Shown here one piece after another: positions 1 through 11,045 of a stretch of 64,000 nt of DNA. Origin of the DNA: Octopus vulgaris (taxonomy: Eukaryota); the NCBI GenBank assembly GCA_951406725.2, contig OX597819.1:132432001-132496000 (forward strand), written 5' to 3'. Positions within the stretch are counted from its first letter, which is position 1. Every line of letters starts with the position of its first letter. A program made the position numbers and the translations under genes. The notes under the pieces are model-generated. The model ran no database searches, was not told the DNA's origin, and was given only the letters and a program-made list of their open reading frames with translations.

Positions 1-483
1 ACCACACCACACCACACCACACCACACAGCTCCACACCACACCACACCACACCACACCACACCACACCACACCACACCACACCACACCACACCACACCAC
101 ACCACACCACACCACACCACACCACACCACACCACACCACACCACACCACACCACACCACACCACACCACACCACACCACACCACACCACACCACACCAC
201 ACCACACCACACCACACCACACCACACCACACCACACCACACCACACCACACCACACCACACCACACCACACCACACCACACCACACCACACCACACCAC
301 ACCACACCACACCACACCACACCACACCACACCACACCACACCACACCACACCACACCACACCACACCACACCACACCACACCACACCACACCACACCAC
401 ACCACACCACACCACACCACACCACATCACATCACACCACACCACACCACATCACATCACATCACATCACATCACATCACATC
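1..483. repeat. (ACCAC)n pentanucleotide tandem repeat grading into (ATCAC)n
   Basis: Directly visible from the window start; it abuts the truncated end of the Tc1 fragment. Confidence 0.97.
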
Positions 484-1035
484 CATACCCAGCTACATTG
501 TATTCTTCTTGGGACAATTTCCTACACTCACTTAGAACATTTGCAGCTCCCGGCGAACAGTTTTTGTGGGTTCTCGGGATGGTCATTAAGCTCTGCAGTA
601 ATTTTAGGAGCTGTACTTTTGTGATCCTTTTTCTAACAATTTGCGTAAGAATCCCACGGTCCCTATCTGAAAGTTTTGGTTTTCTTCCGGAGTTTTGTTT
701 CGACGAGGAGGTTTTTCCCTCTTTCTCAAAGGTTATAATTACTTTCGAGAGAGTTCTTCTTGATACACCGAACATTTCGGCTGTTTTCGTTACGCTAGCA
801 TCTGCCATACGAGCACCTACAATTTGACCTCTTTGAAAGTCCGATAGATCTGTCATTTTAATGAATTTTAATTACCTTTTTCTAATGATTTCTGAAAAGA
901 AACAGCAATTTTAGCAAAACATATTAAACAACACTAAAAATAAATAAAAAAACATAAAAATAAACAAGCTTCTGACGGTTTTATAGATATTTCAAAATTA
1001 TGATGCTAGGTGTTTCCATATTTTGTCCAACCCTG
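484..1035 (-). mobile_element. Tc1-family DNA transposon, 5' part with TIR and frameshifted transposase N-terminus
   Basis: ORF 467..856(-) MTDLSDFQRGQIVGARMADASVTKTAEMFGVSRRTLSKV...SGRKPKLSDRDR has the paired-like HTH and GRPR-like motif of Tc1 transposases. The minus strand starts TA|CAGGGTTGGACAAAATATGGAAAC at 1037-1012, a Tc1-type TIR preceded by TA. Confidence 0.88.
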
Positions 1036-1064
1036 TACATATGTATATATATATATATATTATT

Positions 1065-1265
1065 AGCATTGCTGTGGAATGTTGGCGATTTCTTTCCTCT
1101 GTCTTCTTTTTCTCTAGGACTTTCCTCTGTCTCCTGTTTCTGAAGAAGAGCTTTGCTTGAAACGTAAAACATCCTTTCTTTCCTTCCCTGAGCGTCTTTT
1201 AATACTTTGCATGTACCATGTTCTCGCTTCTTGTTGTTTTTTTCTTGTGTTTTCGTTTTTTTAAT
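1065..1265 (+). mobile_element. Older copy of the putative PLE terminal repeat also present at 19370-19570 and 20688-20850, with a hammerhead-like core
   Basis: Reverse-complement similarity to the 19.4 kb and 20.7 kb copies; GTTT-CTGAAGA-AGAGC ttt GCTT-GAAACGTA-AAAC at 1136-1170. Confidence 0.55.
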
Positions 1266-4235
1266 TAACTATATGTATTCACGTGCATATACATTTATAC
1301 ATATAATTCCCTTTTACAGGATTCCTCTCACAAGGCTTTGGGCAACCCGTGGCTACAAAAGAAGAATTCTGTTCAAGATTATTTCATTGGCTACTTCATC
1401 TTTTAATATGGATAGCTTAAATAGTCTCGTTGTTTAGACACAAGATTTGCGACAGTTGAATATTTTGAGTTTGCGGGCAAGAATCTTTGCCCCCAGATAG
1501 AAAACATTTTATTTCATGGCACAGCGTTTCTTCCAATCTTTGATATCTGCCTTGAAGAAAAAAAAAAAAGCAACCCAAAAACCAAGAAAAGTAAAATCTT
1601 CGTAAATCTTTGAAGAAGTAAAAGATGAAAGCGAGATATAAAATAAGCTGCTTCCCAGATATAAAATATAATTTTCTGAGAATTCATTAACCAAAAGCTG
1701 ATGTTCATAAAACTATTCTCTGAAGTTCACGTAAAATAAAGTGATCGAACGCTTGAGAGTCAATAACAACAAACTGATAATTTCCGCTGCCGAGTTGTCT
1801 AAACAAAGGGCTTCAACTCAGAGTTTGAAGATCAAAGAAAACTGCAAAATCGAATGAATTCATATTTATTTATTATCGTTTCTTTAATCCTAAATAATTT
1901 TACAAGTGTGTTAATAGAATATCGTGATCTTCATGTTGTTCTCACAATTATTAACGGCCTTATTGGAGGAGAATGAGTTGAGCGAATGAAAGAAACACCA
2001 TTACAAAGTCAGCAGATGTACCATATTTATTCTATCAAGACGTGACGATGTCATAAACGGTAAAGTTCCAAACACTTTGCGATATTTAGATACACTTTAA
2101 GCGAAAACTTCGTCAACGTGTACTTTTCCTTTCAAGTCTCTAGGGTTCATAAAATGCTGTCAGAAATATACCGGGTCCGTTCAATAACTCTGTAATCCTC
2201 ACTTTCAAAACTGTGGAATTGTACAAAATTTGAAAATAATGATTAGATGTTTATTTTACATTGTTTGTTTTGTAGACTGCAACTGGATACATTATTTAGC
2301 TCTGCTCGGGAACTAATCAATTACTTTCAAAGAAACCTCACAGTTACCAATAGAAGCATTTCTTTGAATATAAACATTTAAAATTAGGTGTGTCTACAGA
2401 ACTACAAAGAAACTTTTACTCTCATAGACACACCTATTTACGTAGGTTGTCCTCTGAGAGTAACATTGTATTTGTCTAGCAAAACAGATCTTTCGACGTC
2501 TATCTATATGTCTAACCTATATTACATAATAAAATTCCTTTTTATTCAGCTGACTTTGCTATTTTGAAAACAGAATTAGAATACAAGAGCGTTTGAATAT
2601 TGTTATTGTCAAAAGTATTCAGAATTTCATCGGATTATGGATTGTAATCTGGCTTTGACAAGAAGCAATCATTTTCTCCTTCGTTCAAGAGCATTCGTAA
2701 TTGAATACTTTCGTATTGAACGAACCAATATCAACTAATTATAATGTTAGACGACTTTTCAGTTTTTCTTCAGCTAAATCTAGACAAATCAATAGAATCT
2801 GCTGCTAATGGAAGCAGCGTGTATCAGTAATTTCTATGAGTCTTCCTTTCAAACTAATTCCAACTATTGTTGCTAATATTTTGCTTATTGGGAAGATTTT
2901 TCGAGAAACATCTTCGTCGATGCACTTCAGCAATAAAACAAAATAAAACAAAAACGAAACTAAACTCCATTCCAGTTCCATAGTTTGGAAATAGATACAA
3001 CCGAATATACGAAGGTTTCGAGCTTGTACAGCTTCGATATAATCAAATAAAGTTTATTCTTTCATATCAAAGGAAGATTTATGTCGAGTGGCGGCGGGAA
3101 ATTCTTCACGGAAGTGTTGAATGTTGCATACACCAACCACCAGAGTAACCATAAACCAGAAATATGCCTCGTGAAGTAAAACAATCACGAAGACCGGTGG
3201 ATCCGGCTGTTTTAGGCTGAATATTCCAAAGTGAAATTTTGGTTTTCCTAATATCGAAAATATTTGTCTTCTATTAATTCACATCGATTCCAAGGGGCAC
3301 AAAGCTGGCTTTTTGTTTTTTTATAAACTAAGTTTTTTTTTAATAATGAGCGAGGGAAAGTTGAAGGCTATTTACATGTTTTCAAGGTTTTGTTTATATA
3401 AATTAGATAAAACCCAGCGTAGAAGGAATTTAAACATTTAATACGAACCAAATGAGTCTCTTTGGAAAATTTCGTTTTTAATAGCTTTCGAAATGACTTT
3501 AGCTGTACAAACATCTTGTTTAAAAAACATGATGCACAAGCATACACACACACACACTTAAAAAAAACCTAACTCCACAGAATACACGTGACTGTCTGTT
3601 ATGACATATTCTAGCCTTGAGCGAGATTCTTGTTTTCGTCTTTTTTTCCCCGTGTTTAAAGGTTAAAAGTTGTATTGTAAATATGTTTTTGTGGCGGTAA
3701 TATTGTCGGTGAGAGAACTGAGCTAAATTATTTTCTACAACATCGAAGCTGTCTGCTGAGACAGGGGTGGATTCTCTGTGAACAGAATCCCATATGATGT
3801 TTCGATTTTCATTTCCAAACACTCCACTCTCGCACTGACAAGACCCCTAGCATTTCAGTTCCTAGTTCCTGTCATGCAACATTCTCCTCTATAATTAAGA
3901 GTTCATTATTTTCCGACAGTTGTCCTCAAGCGTGGTTTTTCTCTTCATTATCGAAACATAAATTTGTGTTATGTGTATTTATTTAGCCAAAGGAATCATT
4001 TGCAATCTATATTAATGTGTGCAGCTCGAAGTACAACCGAGCTACATTCAAATCACCCATCGCCTTTCTCTACTTACCTCTTAACGAAGACACCATCAAA
4101 AACATTTCGGTGCGAAGTTGTCCTTCACCGATTCTTCCCATAATTTCTTGCTATGCTTTCTTAATGATCTGGCAGACTTTAGATTTATTTTCTAAATATT
4201 GTTTAAATTTTAATGCCTTCGAAATCCTGTTTACC

Positions 4236-4623
4236 TCTATATAAAGCTGAAGTTGTCTGTGTGTCGCAGGTTTGGTAGCCTTCAACTAACACTATCTCCT
4301 TCGAGATCCTGCGGTGCAAGTTGACCAAAATTGAGAGTATGATAGAAGAAGGCTTGCTCTTCATTCTGTAGAAGATAAAATTCAAATCGGACCATGTTAA
4401 CACAAAAAATTATTTACACCAAAAAGCTGCTTTATTTTCTATGAAAATCCCTATTTTTTTACGATTTTTTGACTGCTGTGTCGCCATTTTTCGGTGTATT
4501 TCAACCAGAAAAATGTTCACTTAAAGAGAATAACAAGCTACATAATGCAAAATTTTTACTTTTCAAAAATTCCAATTCTAAAGGGTCGAAACAAACCCCA
4601 GCAACGCCGAGCAATACTACTAG
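4236..4623 (+). mobile_element. Non-autonomous Helitron-like element
   Basis: 5' TCTATATAAAGCTGAAGTTGTCTGTGTGT; 3' degenerate hairpin CCCCAGCAACGCCGAG followed by ..CTAG|T. These are Helitron TC/CTRR termini, although the upstream base is C rather than the usual A. Confidence 0.6.
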
Positions 4624-4924
4624 TTATCTTATAATTTGACATTTTAAAAAGTGACTCATGGTCTTACCTGGTATCTTTAGGATTGGCGTTTGTGAAATTT
4701 TAAAATTCCTAATTAAACTATAAAACCATTATTTACCCGTGTTAAGAATGCTTTTCCACAAAAGTTGATTTAGTTTTGGATTTAAATCTGATATTTTTGT
4801 TTGAGAAATTCAATAAAAAATTTTGGCAACTAATGCGAAAATAAATATTTTAGGGTGTTTGAATCCCTGTAAAAGTTTCAACCCAATAAAATTGACTAAT
4901 GTAGAAAGTACCGATATGCAACAT

Positions 4925-5095
4925 GTTTGCGGGTGGGATGATGGATAATTGAAGCGAACTCAGTACTTGGTTGGTTGTTTTTATTTTATGGACCCAGAAG
5001 AATATAAGTTATAGTTGACACTGGTGCAATTTGAACATGGAGTCTAACGAGTTGTAGCTAAGTGCCACGACTCCTTATGTTCGCCAACCACAATC
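4925..5095 (-). mobile_element. Highly decayed copy of the Nin-domain-like SINE
   Basis: Degenerate match to the cagtact..ttattttat.gaccc.gaag..aa.gt.gac..ggt..aatttgaac motif of the family seen at 35.3-35.8 kb. Confidence 0.45.
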
Positions 5096-7117
5096 CTTTA
5101 GCTTACTTCTACTGATGTAAAAATAAAGCGAGCTAACAAGCGGAAATCCGTTTTCCTTTCATCTAGATTACTGATAATTAGGGTAATAAAATCCATATTT
5201 TGGTCGTGGGAACACATCCTAAACCGAAGTAAATTTCACCAGAACATCTTAACAAGTCAAATATTGCTGAGAGATTGAATAAAGAGACAGAAACACAGGA
5301 AATGAAGAGGAATTCGTGATTGCACTTTATGAATAAGAAGTGATGTTTCGAAGTAGACACCATGTTCTTTGTCGGATGATTTAAATCTGAAATTATAGAA
5401 ATAACTCATAGAATTTGCTTTTATAGAATCAATATATGAGGCAAATTGTAGGAAACATTAAATTTATCGCAGAGCTCTAGTATTTCTGCCATCTTTGCAG
5501 AAACTGAATGAAGAAATCTTAGAAATACTGGAGAACCGAAACAAATGAGTTAAAAATTTAGTCTCACCCTTCGTTCCATGAACATAACACATTAATGGTG
5601 ACAGGATATAAACGATGGTCTCTTTAGCTGGTCGTCTCACGTAGAATGTCTCGGCTCTCTCCTCTGTTATCTTTAGCAATGCCTTTATACGAACAGCAAT
5701 GGTTGCTAAATATTTCACTATAAATAAATATCAAAATAGTTTACAAAAATCTATTGATCTTTCAGAGTTCATATTATCTTAGCAGATCTCAGGCAATGTT
5801 TTACTGTCTTACCTGCAGGAGATCTAATTTGATTATGGTATACAGGTACAGTTTTCGCTCAGTGATTTTTACGTTTCTAACTTTCGTTTATTGTTTCCAT
5901 AAAGACAAAAGGAAATAAAGGTTTTACATTACAACTTGTTATTTTTAGATGGTTACAATCACGTTTGAAATACTATGGCCACTAAAATATTTATAGGAAA
6001 CAAACCCCAGCGAGTCTGCCACAACTATTAAACATTGGCTCGATGCCGCCGTCTCTGTCTTTCGGCCACGGTAATGATTCGAGTTGCTTTGTTATGTATT
6101 GATCTGCCGACAGACACGACAAAAGAGTTGGAGATGTTTTGTTGAATAAAGTATTGAAATCAATAAAGTATTTTGCAAAGCTGCCGTTTGTGTTCGAAAT
6201 ATCACGTAAAACATTCACAAGTTTCTTCTAGTTGGTATTACAAAGCCACAGAGTCTCTTCCAGAACAATTCCGTAATATCTTCTCAGACTTTAATACTTC
6301 AGTTTATTTCTAGAAAAATAAAGAAATAAATTCAAACTTCCATCTTCTAAACAGAATTGAAGAAATACAAAAGACGCAAGCAACATTATTTTACTACTAA
6401 CAATAATAAAATCGATAATTTAACTTACAAGTCGCCATTTTGGTCAAATATAAGATATTTATCTCTTTATTTTGCTTCTAAATATAAAACACATAAGCTC
6501 AAATATTGGAGTATATATTTCATTCTTTGAATCCAAACCGGGATCAAATTAATAAATCCTTTTATACTCGCTGAACAGTGAGATTCGAAACGTTGACTTA
6601 TTCTTAATACATTTCGGCTGATTAGAACGCAAATATGTCAATCGCTGTTCCGTTCGCCCCAGGGAAATAGTTCCTTTACGACGAGTGTTCATCACATAAG
6701 TAATTCACTAGTAGAAAGGAATCTAGGATATCGGTGTTTCGAAATGTGTCTCCTTAGCTAGACGTAGCCGGACCAATAAATCTAAACGGGAGCTGATGGT
6801 CTTTCCTTCTTTTTAAATATCATTTTATGCTAGTTTACTCACACCTGCTCTACCAACTGAAGTATATTCTTCAGAGATCCTCTCTTACATGGCGACTCTT
6901 CTACATCACCAATTCACATCTTCACTCTTCTTATCGCTCTCATTCTTATACAAGAAAACCTACGCCTGCTCTCACTCCCACTTAATAGGGAAGCTTTCTG
7001 CTCTCAGATCTGGTATTTCTCTTACACGAAGCAATTTCACTTTCACTTTTGAGTAGCGATATATTTTAAAAATTAAATTAGAATGTTATTCGATTTCAAA
7101 CAGGTGTGTGAGACATA

Positions 7118-7290
7118 GGCGCGTGGCCTAGTGGTTAGGTGTGTTGTTCTCACAATCCTGATTTCGATTCCATGACCGAGCAGCGCGTTGTGATCTTGAG
7201 CAAGACACTTCATTTCACGTTGCCCCAGTCCGCTCAGCTGCGAGCGGGTTACCTTTCAACGGACCAGCCTGCTCACCTAGTGAGCGGGGT
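7118..7290 (+). mobile_element. tRNA-derived SINE (family A)
   Basis: A box-like GTGGCCTAGTGG, B box-like TTTCGATTCC, then TTGAGCAAGACACTT core; related minus-strand copies at 30470-30730 and 56770-56830. Confidence 0.75.
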
Positions 7291-7609
7291 GGCATCATTC
7301 CGAAACTAAAATTTGGTACTGGGATTTATAGTTGTCTTGGTACGAAATAAAAGAAGAACCAGTTCCATATTGAAATTCAATTTGCTTATTGATTCCATGT
7401 TATAAACCACGTGACCCTGTCTTATGAAACTTTAGAATTAAATATTGTCGATTTGCAAATGTATAATAACTACTGCAGAATCTTTAATAGAAAATGGTTT
7501 AAATTGAAGTCGGCATTTATTGGTTTTCGGGACGAATTATGGTTAATGTACGATACAAAGACTACTTTAGAGTAATAAAGACACACGCAGACACACGAAG
7601 ATATAGATA

Positions 7610-7950
7610 TCCACATGGTTCCGGGTTCAGTTCCACTGCGTAGCACTTTGGATAAGTGTCTTCTTCTATAGCCTCGGGCTGACTAAAAGCCCTGTGAGTG
7701 GATTTGGTAGACGGAAACTGAAAGAAGCCCGTCGTACATGTATGTATGTATGTATGTATGTATGTATGTCTAAATCTATGTGAGTATCTTTGTGTCTGTG
7801 TTTACATCCCCTGTAACTTAGCGGTTCGGCAAAAGTACTAGGCTTAAGAAATAAGCCCTGGGGTCGATTTGTTCGACTAAAAACCTTCACGGTGGTGCTC
7901 CAGTCAGGCCGCACTCAGATCACTGGAATATGGAAAAAAATAAAAGAGTA
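7610..7950 (+). mobile_element. tRNA-derived SINE (family B) with internal (TATG)n
   Basis: GGTTCCGGGTTCAGTTCCACTGCG..AAGTGTCTTCT..TATAGCCTCGGG..GGGGTCGATTTGTTCGACTAAA..GGTGCTCCAG; the family recurs in reverse at 15830-16270, 17735-18025, 21085-21235 and 48920-49125. Confidence 0.8.
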
Positions 7951-7984
7951 TATATATAATGTTTGTTTTATTCTCAGTTATAAG

Positions 7985-8800
7985 CTTCCTACACCGTGGC
8001 CTGGGTATATTTTCTGAGTTTCCCATTTTCCTTGCCGTTGCTTCTTTGCCACGTTTTATGCTGTAGATCTACACCAAACCCAACAAACCGAAATTCTTGC
8101 CCTTTGTACATTAATCGTCATGCAAAGAAGTGATTGAATTCTTTGTGTCATGATTTGGATCTTCTTACGAGATAAAACCGGTTGTAAACTCCTGAGAAAC
8201 TATCCATTTAAGAATCTATTCATATCGAAGAGCTGTCCCAATCTTGAGTAGAGTTAGATCTGGTTCGTTGAGGACTTGAATACCAGCTTCAGGAGCAGCT
8301 CAAAGAAAATGAAACAAAATCCTTTCTTAACTCCGATTCTCATTCCAAATCCTTTGGACATAATTCCGTCACTCTCTAATGCTCATTAATCCATCGTACA
8401 AAATCCTAATAACGCTTAGCAGCTGAAGACCGCATCCAGTAAGTGTTAACAGTTAACAGCTTAAACAGGTTGTCCGCTATGCCAAGGGCGTAAAACACTT
8501 TTGCGAGATCATTGACCACTAAATACAGAGGCTAAGTCTATTATCTTTTCTTGGAGTTACTGAAATATGCCTTTGATGGACCTCTTGGTACAAAAGCGCA
8601 TTATTACCCATCATATACTCTGTCTACATATTCTTGAAGCTATGAGGCGTATCTCTGCAATTACAATCGCTTCTGTTGTCTTCCTTCTTATACAGTGTAA
8701 CAATGTTGGAATCCTGTAAGGTGACAAAACGGATTCTGACCTTTGAGTAAGGTAGTCCTTCTGTCCATTTGGTTACCACAACACTCTGGCGAGAGAGAGA
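7985..8800 (-). mobile_element. Possible decayed non-LTR retrotransposon ORF2 fragment
   Basis: Coding-like composition with weak RT-like remnants (e.g. IIDLASVFS); no intact motif. Confidence 0.3.
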
Positions 8801-9078
8801 GCGAAAAGGAAATCCTGGATTGAAAAAAGCAAATATAACTTGTGTCGCAATATGAGTTAGACTGGCTCAAAACTAGGCGCTAAGGATTGTTCCCGATGGC
8901 GTTAGGGGTTACGTAACTTCATTGGATAGCTAGCATCCTCCTCAAACGGAGTAGCCCTCAGTCACTAAGCTGTTGTTTACCACTGTTCACCCGTATGTGT
9001 GCGGGGAGCAGCATATTGCAAACAAATGGTAAATTTCACTTTCCCTCTATTTCTCTCTGTCTGTTTGTCTCTCTTCTT

Positions 9079-9115
<37 letters not shown>

Positions 9116-10949
9116 TTCTCTCACACACTAAACATTATATCTAAATACAAACCGTAAATCAAAAATAAAACCTTCTAATGGGAATAGGACCACGTAGATA
9201 TCATTTATCAGGTGACCTCATTACCAGTTACACCACACTGCGTTTAAGTATCTTTTATTATACATGGAACTTGACAGGAACCCTTAATTTATTCACACAC
9301 ACACACACACACATACATACACACACGCACACACACACGTGTGTATAAGTGATTGTAAGTTTAATTTAATAGTCAACCACTAGCTTATCTAACTTAATAT
9401 GCACTCATTTATACTCACAGATATGCGTGAGAACTTATTCAGCTCTTAGGGAGTCTGTGATATTTCCGCCACCGAAATAGAATGGAACCAAGTGTGTTTA
9501 TGGTTTGAATGTTTATTCCAAAGTCTTAGATTACCAACTACCTTGAGAATTTAGCGTCACGCTACACTGGCCGGCCCTTAACCAATATTTCATAAGTGCT
9601 TTTTGTTATTTTAGAATTTTATCGGAGATGAAATGAAAATGTTTGGTGTTCGTGCTTCTCGTGCAGCAGCAATTATAAGGTTTGAGATTTGATTAAAGAC
9701 ACGATTTGTTGATTGATGTGATTGACCGATCGACGTAATTGATACTGGTTCACTGATTGAGTGCAACAACGTAACGTCTTAATAACCATTCTTTAAAACC
9801 AGATCCAGGAAAAAGTCCGCTGAAATGTCAATGACACAATACTAACTTCCTTTCCAGACAACTCATTTACCATTGGTTCCCACCTGACACACAACTCTCA
9901 CCTGTGGCTCCACAAACTTTCTGCTGGTGCCAGTCTGCTCCTTTCTGGCCGTTAAAACCGACAGATTAAACCAGATGGAGGCTTGTTGACGAGTTTTAAA
10001 CATTTTTGTGAAAACTAAATTTCAGGCGGACTTTGTGTAGATAATCAAGATTTAATGGCTAACTGTCTAGATTTAATGGCCAGTAAGCGATATCCCGCAA
10101 CATCACCGTGGGACGCGTACCTCAAAGTATGGTCAGACCCGCAGATCATTCTAATCATTCCACCTTATTTCTGCTATACCTCCAGGCGTCTAAGTCTACC
10201 TTGTCACTGATCTACCAAGCAAAGAACGAGAAAGTGACCACCCGGCGCAGCTTTCAATTATTAATATATGTCTGGCCTAAGTTGAGGCTTTATTTTTTTT
10301 AGATCCAAAGACAGAACGTTTTGATGAAGCGATCGGGGTATCATAGAGAATGGAATATCGTCACTGCCATAGTTTCTTCAACTCTGAAGGCACACAGAAT
10401 GTGGCCATGGGTGGCAGCAGATGTGACTTGAAGCAACAACGAAGACTGCAGCCATGCGGCATGGATACATCATTGGTTGTTCTTGGAGAAGTGTGGTTGG
10501 TATTTAAAAGGAAGAGTCTTGGAGGAAGGGAAATGGTACGTTGTGATGTTCATGCATTTTTCTGTAAAAGGTAATATTATGTCTCAGAGAAGACAGACAA
10601 GGCAACTAACAGTACTGCGGCCCGTGAGCCACTTTTAAAGTAAATATCTCGACATATGTATGACGCCTTTATACAATAAAACTGTCGAGGAGGAATAAAA
10701 TGAAATTAAAGAACTGAAAAGACCAAAATCGTGAGCGAAAAAGAAAGGGTGGTGGTGGTGGTGGTGGCGGCTGTACATCGATCTGTTTTATAGTGGAGAG
10801 AGTTAAGCTTAAACCACGATTGTTGCCTAGCTCCAGGTCTGTCTTGATTGAGAACTAAAATAAAAAAAGTGTTCTTGCTATGGCTATCCTGTATTTTTTT
10901 TATATATTTAGAAATAAAAATTAAATGTCGTAAAATATATTTGCCAACT

Positions 10950-11045
10950 AAATGTGGCGGTTCTATAAAGGACGGTGTTACTGTTGTTTTTAGCCCCAGG
11001 AAGACATCTCCTCCAGCTGGCCAACGACACACAGTCGTATTCTCT
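10950..11045 (+). repeat. Interspersed repeat shared with 13265-13370
   Basis: GTTACTGT.G.TTTTAGCCCCAGGA.ACATCT.C.CCAGCTGGC occurs at both loci. Confidence 0.65.

Larger units (their letters stand above)
1900..6438 (-). pseudogene. Decayed, apparently intron-containing RAG1-like (RAG1L/Transib-lineage) DDE transposase relic
   Basis: Minus-strand fragments are colinear with RAG1: caaaATGGCGACTT|GTAAGT (6438); RLCG-x36-HLQLFCRVC (6256-6104); KCNHEF, RING-like (~5320); FLTRVNNG (~4735, RAG1 LAIRVNT); IIKKA*QEIMG (~4150, ALRNAEKVLLPG); FDNEEKNHA*G (~3940, MDMEEDILEG); MKIETSYGILFTENP (~3790, MKITI..VFEEAKPNS); PLDINL..SKLYKLE (3095-3018, HCDIGN..EFYKIFQLE); KVFNYECS*TKE..NPMKF*ILL (2712-2610, KPVWRSSCPAKE..NSQRFAELL); AFYEP*RLERKSTR*RSFRLK..QS..YDIV..YGTS (2160-2013, AWASEGNESGNKLFRRFRK..QS..EDVL..LYTS). 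Many stops and frameshifts; aligned by eye. Confidence 0.6.

Noticed and set aside
1-483. Telomeric repeat
   Set aside because: The unit is ACCAC/GTGGT, not TTAGGG or TTAGG.
1380-3250. hAT/Charlie-type transposase relic (LFRQLGSGNYQF and similar remnants)
   Set aside because: The matches were isolated and weak; the 1990-3300 portion fits the RAG1 core order and spacing much better.
6431-6442. GCCATTTTG as a ProtoRAG TIR internal element
   Set aside because: No CAC heptamer lies at the expected distance; the site is better explained as the reverse complement of the start-codon context.
7118-7190. Functional tRNA genes at SINE heads (also ~36090-36164 and ~42591-42680)
   Set aside because: A/B boxes are present but there is no complete cloverleaf, and each continues into a SINE body.
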